Positions 22,809 to 34,394 of a stretch of 64,000 nucleotides of DNA are shown here, piece after piece. Source of the stretch: Escherichia coli (lineage in GTDB: Bacteria; Pseudomonadota; Gammaproteobacteria; Enterobacterales; Enterobacteriaceae); the NCBI RefSeq assembly GCF_003334405.1, contig NZ_QOWM01000004.1; one strand, written 5' to 3'. The stretch's first letter is position 1; the number at the start of each line of letters is the position of its first letter. A model generated the notes under the pieces. It was not told the origin of the DNA. It did not search any database and saw nothing but the letters and a program-made list of their open reading frames with translations. The translations under genes were made by a program, and so were the position numbers.

Positions 22809-22878
22809 GATGGAACTCCCGTCTGTCAATCTTATGATTTTTGGCCGTGTCTGCGGCATGGGATAACAATGCCATCAA

Positions 22879-22896
22879 GTGAATTTATATGCAATA
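22879..22896 (-). promoter_or_regulatory. Putative ArgR operator (ARG box) upstream of artJ
   Basis: gtgaatttatatgcaata resembles the TnTGAAT-N4-ATTCAnA ARG box; artJ is a known ArgR target. Not scored computationally. Confidence 0.4.
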
Positions 22897-22923
22897 AACA
22901 TGATTAAATAATTTAAATGAAAT

Positions 22924-22958
22924 AAAAAAGACGGACAACTTAGTGGGTTGTCCGTCTT
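22924..22958 (-). terminator. Rho-independent terminator of artPIQM
   Basis: Minus strand: hairpin gacggacaac...gttgtccgtc followed by tttttt. Confidence 0.6.
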
Positions 22959-22977
22959 CATTATAAGAATTTATGCA

Positions 22978-23072
22978 CTATGTAGGCCGGATAAGGCGTC
23001 CCCGCCGCATCCGGCACAGGCACCGTGCTGATGTCTGATGCGACGCTGGCGCGTCTTATCAGACCTACAAAA
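22978..23072. repeat. REP/BIME palindromic units
   Basis: tgtaggccggataaggcgtccccgccgcatccggca and gcgtcttatcagacctaca are REP-like. Confidence 0.8.
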
Positions 23073-23098
23073 CCCCCCGGCGAATGTACGCAGCCACA

Positions 23099-23767
23099 TT
23101 AATTTCGCCGTTCGAATGCCAGCGCTTTGCGCTCGATCAGACGCATCATCAGCGTCAGCAGGCCGTTAACGACCAGGTAAATAATCCCTGCCGCACCGAA
23201 CACCATTACATCGTAGGTGCGTCCGTACAACAACTGGCTGTATCCCATCACTTCCATCAGCGTAATGGTGTATGCCAGAGAGGTACTTTTGAATACCAGC
23301 ACCACTTCGTTGGAATAAGAAGAGAGCGAGCGTTTAAAGGCATACGGCAGCAGGATCGCCAGCGTATCTTTTTTGCTCATTCCCAGGGCGCTACAGGACT
23401 GCCACTGACCTTCCGGGATCGCACGAATTGCACCGTAAAACAGCTGCGTGGTATACGCCGCACTATTCAGCGACAACGCAATCAGCGCACATAACCACGG
23501 TTCTGACAACAAATGCCACAGTGCCGGATACTCCTGCAAAGTCGGAAACTGGCCCGGCCCGTAATAAATCAGGAAGATCTGCACCAGCAGCGGCGTACCG
23601 GTAAACAGCGTGATATAACCCCGCACCAGCCACACCAGCACCGGCGTTTTCAGCGTCAGGATGATGGTAAAAATCAATGCCAGAATCAGTGCCACAATCA
23701 GCGAGGCAACGGTTAGCGTCAGGCTGGTGTGTAGCCCTTTCATCAGTTCGGGTAAATACTCAAACAT
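23099..23767 (-). CDS. artM: Arginine ABC transporter permease ArtM (222 aa)
   Basis: Track ORF; recognised; synteny. Confidence 0.92.
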   Translation of the reverse strand: MFEYLPELMKGLHTSLTLTVASLIVALILALIFTIILTLKTPVLVWLVRGYITLFTGTPLLVQIFLIYYGPGQFPTLQEYPALWHLLSEPWLCALIALSLNSAAYTTQLFYGAIRAIPEGQWQSCSALGMSKKDTLAILLPYAFKRSLSSYSNEVVLVFKSTSLAYTITLMEVMGYSQLLYGRTYDVMVFGAAGIIYLVVNGLLTLMMRLIERKALAFERRN

Positions 23768-24483
23768 TAGCTGGGCCTCCGCTCAAAACGTGTCGCGCGC
23801 AGGTCAATGCGTTTGAGAATGTACTGACTGAGCAGGGTGATCACCAGGTAAATCGCCGCCGCCACAATGTACCAGGTAAATGGTTCCTGGGTACGAGTAG
23901 CGATGCTTTTTGTTTGCAGCATTAAATCATTCACACTAATCAAACTGACCAGCGCGGTATCTTTCAGCAGCACCAGCCACTGGTTACCGAGGCCAGGCAG
24001 CGCATGACGCCACATCTGCGGCATCACCAGACGGAAAAAGATAGCCGATTTCGACAGCCCCAGCGCCTGACCAGACTCCCACTGACCCACCGGCACCGCT
24101 TTCAACGCGCCCCGAAGCGTTTGCGAGGCATAGGCGGCATACAGCAGTGACAGAGCGATGACACCACAAAGGAACGGGCTAACGTCGAAGTTCTCAATGT
24201 CCATCTGCACTGGGATCTGCACGAACCCAAGATTGATAGTGAAGCCATCCGAAAGCGTCAGCAGCAGCTGCGAGGAGCCAAAATAGATAAACAGCACCAC
24301 CAGAATTTCTGGCAGGCCACGCAGAATGGTTACCAGCGCTGAACCTGCCCACGCGACAGGACGCCATTTTGCCGACTCCCATACCGCAAAGAACATCGCC
24401 AGCGCCAGCCCGACAATCAATGCACAAACGGCAAGGCCGACGGTCATCCCGGCGGCGCTTGCTAAAGGAAAAAATTCATTCAT
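23767..24483 (-). CDS. artQ: Arginine ABC transporter permease ArtQ (238 aa)
   Basis: Track ORF; 1-nt overlap with artM. Confidence 0.92.
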
Positions 24484-24489
24484 CAGGAA

Positions 24490-25221
24490 TTACTTCTGGA
24501 ACCATTTGTTGTAGATGGTTTCGTAAGTGCCATCTTTCTTCACTTTTTCCAGCGCAGTGTTGAGTTTCTGCTGCAGCTCAGTGTTGCCCTGACGTACCGC
24601 GATGCCGAGGCCAGTGCCGAAGTAATCTTTATCGGTCACTTTGTCGCCCACCGCCGCCAGTTTCGGGTTATCTTTCAGCCACTCAGTGACCACTGCGGTG
24701 TCACCGAAGACGCCGTCGATACGCCCGTTTTGCAGATCCAGTTTTGCGTTCTGGTAGCTGTCATACGGAACGGTAGTGATTTCCGGGTGCTTATCCATAA
24801 TGAATTTCTGGTGTGTCGTCCCGTTCTGTACGCCGACTTTTTTGCCTTTCAGCTGATCAACACTGGTGTATTTGCCTTGCTGACCCACAAACAGGGCAGA
24901 GTTGTCATAGTACGGGGTGGTAAACAGCACCTGCTTTTCACGCTCCGGAGTGATATCCATGCCCGCCATCACGGCTTCTACGCGACGGAATTTCAGGCTT
25001 GGGATCAGGCTGTCAAACGCCTGGTTAGAGAAAGTGCAGGTTGCATCAATCTCTTTACACAGCGCTTGTGCCAGGTCGACGTCAAAACCAACGATCTGGT
25101 TGTTTGCATCAATCGATTCAAACGGAGGATAGGAGGCTTCGGTAGCAAAACGAATGGTTTCGGCAGCTGTGGCGGAAAGACTAAAACCTGCAATTAACGC
25201 GGCAATCAGAACTTTTTTCAT
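24490..25221 (-). CDS. artI: Arginine ABC transporter periplasmic binding protein ArtI (243 aa)
   Basis: Track ORF; signal peptide; paralog of ArtJ. Confidence 0.92.
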   Translation of the reverse strand: MKKVLIAALIAGFSLSATAAETIRFATEASYPPFESIDANNQIVGFDVDLAQALCKEIDATCTFSNQAFDSLIPSLKFRRVEAVMAGMDITPEREKQVLFTTPYYDNSALFVGQQGKYTSVDQLKGKKVGVQNGTTHQKFIMDKHPEITTVPYDSYQNAKLDLQNGRIDGVFGDTAVVTEWLKDNPKLAAVGDKVTDKDYFGTGLGIAVRQGNTELQQKLNTALEKVKKDGTYETIYNKWFQK

Positions 25222-25238
25222 TGTTGTTATCCCGAATC

Positions 25239-25967
25239 TTAGTGAGAGAGATAGTTTTTAAATGCTTCGGTTTGCGGCTCGGTAAAGCAGCTCGCGTCGC
25301 CTTGTTCTACGATATGACCATTTTCCATATACACCACTCGGCTGGCGGTTTTACGCGCCACTTCAACTTCGTGGGTGACGATCACCTGGGTAATATTCGT
25401 TTCTGCCAGCTCACGAATGATGCTGACGATTTGTGCCGTAATTTCCGGGTCCAGTGCGGCGGTCGGTTCATCGAACAGCAGTACCTGCGGTTCCATCATC
25501 AACGCACGGGCAATAGCAACACGCTGCTGCTGACCACCAGAAAGATGCAGCGGGTAACGATCGCTATAAGGTTTGAGACGCAGACGTTCCAGCAGTTTTT
25601 CTGCACGGGCCAGCGCCTGATCTTTACTCAACCCCAGTACACGGCAGGGCGCTTCAATCAGGTTTTGCTGCACGGTCAGATGCGGCCACAGGTTGTATTG
25701 CTGAAACACCATGCCAACGTTACGACGCAAATCGCGAATCGCTTTGTCAGAGGGTGTTTTGGTGAAATCGAAATGGTTGCCTGCAATGTTGAGCGTACCG
25801 GAGCGCGGCATCTCAAGCAGATTGAGTACACGCAGCAGCGAGCTTTTACCCGCGCCGCTGGGGCCAAGTAACACCAGCGTTTCGCCCTGTGGGCAATCCA
25901 GCGTGATATCGAACAGCGCCTGATGCGCGCCGTAGAAGCAATTAATGCCGTTTAATTGAATACTCAT
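25239..25967 (-). CDS. artP: Arginine ABC transporter ATPase ArtP (242 aa)
   Basis: Track ORF 25239..26066 trimmed to [16 protein letters not shown]...; Walker [10 protein letters not shown], signature LSGGQQQR. Confidence 0.9.
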
Positions 25968-26009
25968 TGACACTCGTATACTGGCAGTCTGATAGCTATT
26001 GAGGTCGAA

Positions 26010-26045
26010 GATAGTACCTTTGACAGAATAATTATGCAATATTTC
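26010..26045 (-). promoter_or_regulatory. Putative ArgR operator region upstream of artP
   Basis: agaataattatgcaatatt is ARG-box-like and AT-rich; placement approximate. Confidence 0.3.
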
Positions 26046-26184
26046 TGCTTTAAAAGTTAAAAGCAAAGCGCATTATTCAATAAACATAGCACAAAATAAC
26101 GGGGGCGGTGGTCGGCGAGCATAAATGTCGGCATTCCTCACGAAATGCCGGACAATTTACGGGGTTTATTGGTTGATCAAGGCG

Positions 26185-26700
26185 TTAGCGATTCTCGATG
26201 GACTGACGGAGCGTACCCGCCGTGGCATGAACGCTACCGCCTAAGTAACGCACATCGTCGATGACCCAACACTGGCCTTCCTGAATCATTAACACTTCAT
26301 CCTGCCAACCCTGGTCACCCTGTTTGAGATCCACGCGCAATGGAATGTTACGGGCATCACGATTAGGGATAGTCGATGCACTGGCAACGTGGGCGCTATC
26401 TGGCAAGGTGGTTCGACTGGAGAATGGATCGTTGGTCAGTAGTTCCCGATGGTTATTATCCCGGGAGGCATCGCTAAGCAGTGTCGCCAGTTTGTCGCTC
26501 AGATAAGGGCGCAAGGCGGTGATGTCGTTGCTGCGGTGCAAAATGCGGTAGTCATAAAATTGCTGGGCCACGTTATCCGGGCCTCCTTCAACGCAAGGAC
26601 CACTGCGTGTGCCGTTATCTTTATAAGCTGGAGTGACTGTGGTGCAGGCACTGAGGAGCAGTGCGCAGGGGATAAGCATTGTCAATTTGCTGTAGCGCAT
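26185..26700 (-). CDS. ybjP: Lipoprotein YbjP (171 aa)
   Basis: Track ORF; lipobox LLSAC. Confidence 0.85.
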   Translation of the reverse strand: MRYSKLTMLIPCALLLSACTTVTPAYKDNGTRSGPCVEGGPDNVAQQFYDYRILHRSNDITALRPYLSDKLATLLSDASRDNNHRELLTNDPFSSRTTLPDSAHVASASTIPNRDARNIPLRVDLKQGDQGWQDEVLMIQEGQCWVIDDVRYLGGSVHATAGTLRQSIENR

Positions 26701-26825
26701 AATGATTTCCTTATAAGCGATCGCTCTGAAAGCGTTCTACGATAATAATGATATCCTTTCAATAATAGCGTATCAGTCTGATAATGCTTTTGAGATCGAA
26801 GGCTTAGCAAACAAGGAGATCGATC

Positions 26826-27149
26826 ATGCAATTTTCTACAACCCCAACTCTGGAAGGCCAGACCATCGTTGAATATTGCGGTGTGGTGACCGGCGAAGCG
26901 ATTTTAGGTGCCAATATTTTCCGTGATTTCTTTGCCGGTATCCGCGATATCGTTGGCGGACGTTCCGGTGCGTATGAAAAAGAACTGCGTAAAGCACGGG
27001 AGATCGCCTTTGAGGAATTAGGCTCCCAGGCGCGGGCGCTGGGGGCCGATGCCGTCGTCGGTATTGATATCGACTACGAAACGGTCGGGCAAAACGGCAG
27101 TATGCTGATGGTTAGCGTCAGCGGTACGGCGGTGAAAACGCGTCGATGA
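26826..27149 (+). CDS. ybjQ: YbjQ (UPF0145 family, 107 aa)
   Basis: Track ORF; synteny. Confidence 0.85.
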
Positions 27150-27976
27150 GAAGATTCTTCTGGCTGGTCGCTGCCGCTCTGTTATTGGCAGGGTGTGCAG
27201 GCGAAAAAGGCATTGTCGAGAAAGAGGGATATCAGCTTGATACCCGACGCCAGGCGCAGGCGGCGTATCCGCGCATTAAAGTGCTGGTGATCCACTACAC
27301 CGCAGATGATTTTGATAGCTCGCTGGCGACACTGACCGATAAGCAGGTCAGCTCGCATTATCTGGTCCCTGCGGTACCACCGCGATACAACGGTAAACCG
27401 CGCATCTGGCAACTGGTGCCGGAACAAGAACTGGCCTGGCATGCGGGGATTAGCGCCTGGCGCGGGGCAACGCGCCTTAACGACACCTCTATTGGCATTG
27501 AGCTGGAAAACCGTGGCTGGCAAAAATCGGCCGGAGTGAAATATTTTGCCCCGTTTGAACCGGCACAGATTCAGGCGCTTATTCCACTGGCGAAAGATAT
27601 TATTGCCCGTTATCACATCAAGCCGGAAAACGTAGTGGCACATGCGGATATCGCACCGCAGCGCAAAGACGATCCGGGGCCATTATTTCCCTGGCAGCAA
27701 CTGGCGCAGCAGGGGATTGGTGCCTGGCCGGATGCGCAGCGGGTTAACTTTTACCTTGCCGGGCGCGCGCCGCACACACCGGTAGATACCGCGTCATTGC
27801 TGGAGCTTTTGGCGCGCTACGGTTATGACGTTAAACCTGATATGACACCGCGCGAGCAGCGGCGCGTGATTATGGCATTCCAGATGCATTTCCGCCCGAC
27901 GTTATATAACGGCGAAGCGGATGCAGAAACTCAGGCGATTGCCGAAGCATTGCTGGAGAAATACGGGCAGGATTAG
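27146..27976 (+). CDS. amiD: N-acetylmuramoyl-L-alanine amidase AmiD (lipoprotein, 276 aa)
   Basis: Track ORF; lipobox LLLAGCAG; ATGA overlap with ybjQ. Confidence 0.9.
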
Positions 27977-28986
27977 CGCGGCAGTTTTCCGTGGTCGCGT
28001 AGCCAGGCGGCAGTTTTCTCGATACCTTCATCCAGGGTGATGACCGGCTGATAACCTAACTCTTCCTGCGCACGCGTAATATCCAGCGTAAAGTCAAAAT
28101 TCAACTTGGAGACGCCGTAGTGGGTCAGCGGCGGCTCTTTTGCTGACTTGCGGCCTAAACGCTCCATGCTGCGGGCGATCATATCCAGCATCGGGTAGGG
28201 GACGGAACGAATACGACAGTCAATATTCAACTCGTCGATCAGCTTCTGCACGATGCTGCGCAGTGTGCGATGCTCGCCGTTGGTGATGTTGTACACACGC
28301 CCGGAAGGTAGCTTATCGCAGGCTTCCTGGCTTGCCAGCCACATTGCGTGCACGGCATTTTCATAGTAGGTCATATCGACCAGCGCACTGCCGCCATGCG
28401 GTAACAGAATACTGCCGTAGTGGTGCATCATATGCGCCAGACGGGGAATAAAGACTTTATCGTGCGGTCCGAACAGACTTTGTGGGCGCAGAATAGTAAA
28501 GCGCGTTTGTGGATTCGCCTGCGAAAGCATATTGATCACTTCTTCGCTGGCTGCTTTGCTGCGGGCAAACTCGTTGGCGAAGCGGTGAGGGCGAAAATCT
28601 TCTTTAATATCGCGATGGTGGTGATAATCGAAGTACAGGGAGGGGGAAGAGATATGAATAAAGTTACGCACACCCCAGGCGACAGCCCATTCACCCAGGC
28701 GGCGAGTGGCGCGAACGTTAGCCAGATCGAAAGCCTGTTGTGTCCCCCAGGGTGAGGTAAAGCTGGAGCAGTGCCACAGCGTATCAATGCCCGCGAGCAT
28801 CACTTTAGCTTGTGATGAAACCAGCTCGGTCAGATCCGCCGGAACAAACTCTGCGCCCATTTTTTCCAGCAATTTGCCCATTGCCTCGTTGCGACCGGTC
28901 GCTCGCACGCTGATGCCTTTCTGGCATAAAAACTCTACCGCGTTTCGACCTAAGCCGCTGGTGGCGCCGGTAACCAGTACCTTCAT
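27973..28986 (-). CDS. ybjS: NAD(P)-dependent epimerase/dehydratase family protein YbjS (337 aa)
   Basis: Track ORF 27973..29049 trimmed to [20 protein letters not shown]... (Rossmann GxxGxxG). Confidence 0.85.
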   Translation of the reverse strand: MKVLVTGATSGLGRNAVEFLCQKGISVRATGRNEAMGKLLEKMGAEFVPADLTELVSSQAKVMLAGIDTLWHCSSFTSPWGTQQAFDLANVRATRRLGEWAVAWGVRNFIHISSPSLYFDYHHHRDIKEDFRPHRFANEFARSKAASEEVINMLSQANPQTRFTILRPQSLFGPHDKVFIPRLAHMMHHYGSILLPHGGSALVDMTYYENAVHAMWLASQEACDKLPSGRVYNITNGEHRTLRSIVQKLIDELNIDCRIRSVPYPMLDMIARSMERLGRKSAKEPPLTHYGVSKLNFDFTLDITRAQEELGYQPVITLDEGIEKTAAWLRDHGKLPR

Positions 28987-29084
28987 ATCAATCCACTGTT
29001 GTTGAGAAAATAACGTGCGCATTCTTCCGTGATTTCCCCCATGATGCAATGGGAAACATGAAAGAATAACGCAGGTTTTGTCGA

Positions 29085-30515
29085 TTAATCTGTGCTTTGT
29101 TCTGCCAGTCTGGCGATTTGTTTTGCCATTCCGCGAAAAATAAACAGATGCGCGGGGATCATCAATAACCAGTAAAACAGCCCCGGCATACCGTGCGGAT
29201 GCCAGAAAGCGCGGACATCGATAGTACGATAGTCGCCTTTATCTTCCAGGCTAAAACACAGTCGTCCCAGCCCCGGCGCTTTCATGCCAAATAACAACGT
29301 AAGTTGTTTTTCCGGTTCAACGACAATCACTTTCCAGCTATCCACCGCATCGCCAGTCTGTAAATATTCGCGCTCCGGGCGGCCTTTCGCCAGCTTATGA
29401 CCGATCGCGCGGTCCATCAACGCCCGTGTCTGCCACAAAATATTGCCAAAGAAATAACGCTCTTTACCGCCGATTTGGTTCACTACCTGCCATAAAGCAG
29501 CAAGGCTGGCGGACGTTTTAACGGTAAACCCCGCCTGTTTGGCAAAATAACCGTACTCCGGTCGCCAGCGGGCAAAGGCCTGAGCGTCGTAGCCCCAGTC
29601 GCTGGAGTTGACCAGTTTTTCCTCCTCTTTCAACGTGCTACGTACCGCGTCATCGAAAGCGATCAGCCGTTGTGGGATGAGTGCACGTAGCGCGGTATCA
29701 TCCGCCAGCAGATCGTGTTTCAGCCCCTGAATCAACGCCCTGGCGGTGGTGGGCGGTACGGAAGTAATCACATTGAGAAACCACACCGAAATCCAGCGGG
29801 TGGGGAGGGGGATGGGGATCAACCAGCGGCGCTTACCGCTCACCGCCATAAAATGTTCAAACTGTTGCTGATAACTGAGCACCTCTCGTCCGGCGGCTTC
29901 GAAGATGCGGTGTTCGCTGGCCGGATGATCTAACAACGCAACCAGATAGTGCAGCAAGTTTTCCAGCGCAATGGGCGTGGTGCGTGAACGAACCCAGCGC
30001 GGAGGCGTTAAGACTGGCAGGTTGTAGACCATATCGCGCATGACTTCGAACGCCGCGGAACCTGCGCCAACGATAATTCCGGCCCGCAGTTCGGTCACGG
30101 GTACATTCGCTTCACGCAGAATGTCCGCCGTAGCCTGACGAGCACGCAGATGATCCGACTGCTCATGTGGCGGGGCCTGCAACGAACTAAGAAAGATTAA
30201 TTGCTTAACTGGTACTTCACGTAGCGCATCGCGGACGTTGAGAGCCACCTGGCGCTCCTGAGCGATAAAATCGCCGCCTTCGCCCATGCTGTGCACCAGA
30301 AAATAGACCGTATCGATATCCTGCAACAGGGCCGGTAGGTTATCCGGCCAGCTGAGATCGACTTTATGGCAACTGACGTTTGCCAGTTGCAGCTTTGCAA
30401 GCCTGTCGACATGACGTGCCGCCGCCAGGATCTGATGCCCTTGCTGGCTGAGTGTGCGCACCAGATGCTGACCAATGTAGCCACTGGCACCGAGAACTAA
30501 AATGCGTTGCGGCAC
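29085..30515 (-). CDS. ybjT: NAD(P)-binding domain protein YbjT (about 476 aa)
   Basis: Track ORF 29085..30590; likely GTG start at 30515 ([19 protein letters not shown]) preceded by aggagaga RBS; start uncertain. Confidence 0.8.
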   Translation of the reverse strand: MPQRILVLGASGYIGQHLVRTLSQQGHQILAAARHVDRLAKLQLANVSCHKVDLSWPDNLPALLQDIDTVYFLVHSMGEGGDFIAQERQVALNVRDALREVPVKQLIFLSSLQAPPHEQSDHLRARQATADILREANVPVTELRAGIIVGAGSAAFEVMRDMVYNLPVLTPPRWVRSRTTPIALENLLHYLVALLDHPASEHRIFEAAGREVLSYQQQFEHFMAVSGKRRWLIPIPLPTRWISVWFLNVITSVPPTTARALIQGLKHDLLADDTALRALIPQRLIAFDDAVRSTLKEEEKLVNSSDWGYDAQAFARWRPEYGYFAKQAGFTVKTSASLAALWQVVNQIGGKERYFFGNILWQTRALMDRAIGHKLAKGRPEREYLQTGDAVDSWKVIVVEPEKQLTLLFGMKAPGLGRLCFSLEDKGDYRTIDVRAFWHPHGMPGLFYWLLMIPAHLFIFRGMAKQIARLAEQSTD

Positions 30516-30525
30516 GTCTCTCTCC

Positions 30526-31527
30526 TTAACGCGCCAGGAATGCACGCCAGTGGGCGGCGACTTCCGCCAGTTGTTCGCGCGAGACGTCAAGATGCGTCAC
30601 CAGGCGGACAATCGGCGAGGCGTTAATCAGCACGTTTCTCGCTTTCATGTATTCGCCTAACGCGGCAGCATTTTCTTCCCCGACGCGAACAAACAGCATA
30701 TTGGTGTCCTGACGCATCACATCCGCGCCTGCTTCACGCAGCTGCTCCGCCATCCAGGCAGCGTTGTCGTGGTCTTCCTGCAAGCGCGCAACGTTATTTT
30801 TCAGGGCATATATCCCGGCGGCAGCCAGAATGCCGGACTGGCGCATCCCGCCACCTGTCATTTTCCGCCAGCGAATGGCACGTTTAATGTAATCACGATT
30901 ACCGACGAGTAATGAACCGACTGGCGTCCCAAGACCTTTCGACAGGCAAATGGTGAACGAATCACAATATTGCGTGATCTCTTTCAGTTCGCAGCCGTAA
31001 GCCACCACGGCATTAAAGATGCGCGCACCGTCAACATGCAGCGCCAGATTGCGCTCGCGGGTAAATTCCCATGCTTCTTTCAGGTATTCCCGCGGCAACA
31101 CTTTGCCGTTGTGGGTGTTTTCCAGACTGAGTAATTTGGTGCGGGCGAAATGGATATCGTCGGGTTTGATTTTCATCGCCACTTTATCCAGCGGTAGCGT
31201 GCCGTCGGCAGCCGCGTCTATGGGTTGCGGTTGAATACTGCCCAGCACCGCCGCGCCACCGGCTTCAAACAGATAGTTATGCGCGGCCTGACCGACAATA
31301 TACTCTTCGCCGCGTTCGCAGTGACTGAGCAGAGCGACCAGGTTGGCCTGAGTGCCGGTAGGCAGAAAAATGGCGGCTTCTTTACCGGAAAGCTCTGCTG
31401 CGTAGTCCTGCAGAGCATTAACGGTAGGGTCGTCTCCGTAAACGTCGTCCCCAACCGGGGCGGCCATCATCGCTTCGAGCATGGCGCGGCTTGGTCGGGT
31501 AACGGTATCACTGCGTAAATCAATCAT
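30526..31527 (-). CDS. ltaE: Low-specificity L-threonine aldolase LtaE (333 aa)
   Basis: Track ORF; recognised protein. Confidence 0.92.
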   Translation of the reverse strand: MIDLRSDTVTRPSRAMLEAMMAAPVGDDVYGDDPTVNALQDYAAELSGKEAAIFLPTGTQANLVALLSHCERGEEYIVGQAAHNYLFEAGGAAVLGSIQPQPIDAAADGTLPLDKVAMKIKPDDIHFARTKLLSLENTHNGKVLPREYLKEAWEFTRERNLALHVDGARIFNAVVAYGCELKEITQYCDSFTICLSKGLGTPVGSLLVGNRDYIKRAIRWRKMTGGGMRQSGILAAAGIYALKNNVARLQEDHDNAAWMAEQLREAGADVMRQDTNMLFVRVGEENAAALGEYMKARNVLINASPIVRLVTHLDVSREQLAEVAAHWRAFLAR

Positions 31528-31563
31528 GGCATGTCCTTATTATGACGGGAAATGCCACCCTTT

Positions 31564-33282
31564 TTACCTTAGCCAGTTTGTTTTCGCCAGTTCGATCACT
31601 TCATCACCGCGTCCGCTGATGATTGCGCGCAGCATATACAGGCTGAAACCTTTGGCCTGTTCGAGTTTGATCTGCGGTGGAATGGCTAACTCTTCTTTGG
31701 CGACCACCACATCCACCAACACCGGACCGTCGATGGAGAAGGCGCGTTGCAGGGCTTCATCAACTTCAGACGCTTTTTCTACACGGATACCCGTAATGCC
31801 GCACGCTTCGGCAATGCGGGCAAAGTTTGTGTCGTGTAGTTCGGTGCCGTCAGTCAAATAGCCACCAGCTTTCATCTCCATCGCCACAAAGCCCAGCACG
31901 CTGTTGTTAAAGACGACAATTTTCACTGGCAGTTTCATCTGCACTACTGAGAGGAAATCGCCCATCAACATGCTAAAACCGCCATCGCCGCACATGGCGA
32001 CCACCTGACGTTCTGGCTCTGTCGCCTGCGCACCCAGCGCCTGCGGCATGGCGTTAGCCATCGAACCGTGGTTAAACGAACCTAACAGGCGACGCTTGCC
32101 GTTCATTTTTAGATAACGTGCCGCCCACACCGTTGGCGTACCAACGTCACAGGTGAAAATAGCGTCATCGGCGGCAAAATGACTAATTTGCTGCGCCAGA
32201 TATTGCGGGTGAATGGCTTTCTCGCTCGGTTTAGCTAAATCGTCCAGCCCTTTGCGGGCGTCGCGGTAATCTTCCAGCGCTTTATCCAGAAACTTGCGAT
32301 CGGCTTTTTCTTCCACCAATGGAAGCAATGCACGCAGAGTCGACTTGATATCGCCGACCAGTGCCATATCCACCTTGCTGTGAGCGCCGATGCTGGCTGG
32401 GTTGATATCAATCTGAATGATTTTGGCATCGGTCGGGTAGAAGGCGCGGTAGGGAAATTGCGTGCCGAGTAGCACTAACGTGTCGGCGTTCATCATGGTA
32501 TGGAAACCTGACGAGAAGCCGATTAACCCGGTCATTCCAACATCATACGGATTATCGTATTCGACATGTTCTTTACCGCGCAGGGCATGAACAATAGGCG
32601 CTTTAATTTTCCCGGCAAACTCAACTAACTCTTTATGCGCCCCCGCGCAGCCGCTGCCACACATCAGGGCGATATTGCTGGAATAACGCAGCAGTTGCGC
32701 CAGTTTGCGTAACTCTTCTTCTTCCGGCGTCACGACTGGTTGTGGCGCATGATACCAGTGCATGGTTGCCCCTTCTGGCGCAGGTTTTAACGCCACGTCG
32801 CCTGGTAACACGACAACCGAAACGCCACGGTTAAGCACCGCTTTGCGCATGGCAATCGCCAGTACTTGTGGGATCTGCTCCGGGCTGGAAACCAGCTCGC
32901 AATAGTGACTACATTCGCGGAATAGCTCTTGTGGGTGGGTTTCCTGGAAATAGCCGCTGCCAATTTCGCTGGAGGGAATATGAGCGGCAATCGCCAGTAC
33001 CGGAACGTGATTGCGGTGGCAATCGAACAGGCCGTTGATTAAGTGCAGGTTGCCGGGGCCGCACGATCCGGCGCAGACCGCCAGTTCTCCGCTAAGTTGT
33101 GCTTCAGCGCCAGCGGCAAAGGCCGCCACTTCTTCGTGGCGGGTGGACATCCACTCGATGGTGCCCATGCGATTAAGACTGTCACTAAGACCGTTCAGAG
33201 AGTCGCCTGTGACTCCCCAGATGCGTTTCACCCCTGCCGATTCGAGTGTTTTGGCGATATAAGCTGCAACCGTTTGTTTCAT
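31564..33282 (-). CDS. poxB: Pyruvate oxidase PoxB (572 aa)
   Basis: Track ORF; recognised protein. Confidence 0.93.
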
Positions 33283-33414
33283 GGTTCTCCATCTCCTGAA
33301 TGTGATAACGGTAACAAGTTTAGTTCATCTGACGGAGGGGGAAGGGATGGGAGAGAAAGGAGGCACTAACGGTTAAATAGCCCGATGAAAGGAATATCAT
33401 CGGGCATAAGGCGA

Positions 33415-34383
33415 TTATGCGAGAACCAAATCCCCCTGCGGATGGCAGGAGCAGGCCAGTACGTAACCTTCAGCGATTTCGGCGTCGGTCAGCGTCATTG
33501 TGCTGCTCACCGTATATTCACCGGAAACCACTTTTGTCTTACAGCAGCCGCAAACACCCGCACGGCAGGCAGCGACAACCGGAACGTTATTGCTTTCCAG
33601 CGCCTCCAGTAGCGTGGTGCCAACCGGGGCGTAAAATTCTCGTGCCGGTTGCAGTTTGGTGAATTTCAGACCGCTGGTCGCCGCTTCTGCTACTGGGGTG
33701 AAGAATTTCTCTTTAAAGAAACGCGTCACGCCGAGCGCTTTCACTTCCTGCTCTACCCAATCCATATACGGAGCCGGGCCGCAGGTCATCACGGTACGTG
33801 AAGCTAAGTCAGGTACACCTGCCAGCAGTTCGCGAGTGAGACGACCAGCGATAAAGCCTTCGGTAACGTTATTTTCTGCCACCAGCGTTACCGGATAGTT
33901 ACGCCACTCATCGGCGAAAATAACATCCTGCGGCGTACGCACGTTGTAGATCACCCGCACATCGGCCTGTGGACGGTTCTTCGCAAGCCAGCGACGCATC
34001 GACATAATCGGCGTGACGCCGCAGCCTGCCGCCAGCAACAGGAATTTATCTTCTGCTTTATCGTCGCAGGTAAATTCCCCCATCGCGTCCGAAAGCCAGA
34101 GATAATCACCGCGTTTTACATCGCGCGTCAGCCACTGGGTGCCGACACCGTCATCAATCCGCCGCACGGTCAGGGTGATATATTCACTCACGCCTGGCGT
34201 GGAGGAAATGGTGTAAGCACGCAGCGTTTCCGCTGAGTTTCGCACGCTGACCAGTGCATATTGCCCGGCGCGATATGGGTAGTAATCGTGGCAAATCAGG
34301 GAAATCGTCCACACATCCGGCGTTTCTTGCGTAATGTGATGAACCTGCATCCGCCACGGGCATTGATTCGTTGGCATCGTCAT
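33415..34383 (-). CDS. hcr: NADH oxidoreductase Hcr (322 aa)
   Basis: Track ORF 33415..34389 trimmed to MTMPTNQCPW...; C-terminal 2Fe-2S Cys cluster (CRAGVCGCC). Confidence 0.9.
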   Translation of the reverse strand: MTMPTNQCPWRMQVHHITQETPDVWTISLICHDYYPYRAGQYALVSVRNSAETLRAYTISSTPGVSEYITLTVRRIDDGVGTQWLTRDVKRGDYLWLSDAMGEFTCDDKAEDKFLLLAAGCGVTPIMSMRRWLAKNRPQADVRVIYNVRTPQDVIFADEWRNYPVTLVAENNVTEGFIAGRLTRELLAGVPDLASRTVMTCGPAPYMDWVEQEVKALGVTRFFKEKFFTPVAEAATSGLKFTKLQPAREFYAPVGTTLLEALESNNVPVVAACRAGVCGCCKTKVVSGEYTVSSTMTLTDAEIAEGYVLACSCHPQGDLVLA

Positions 34384-34394
34384 CGACAAACTCC

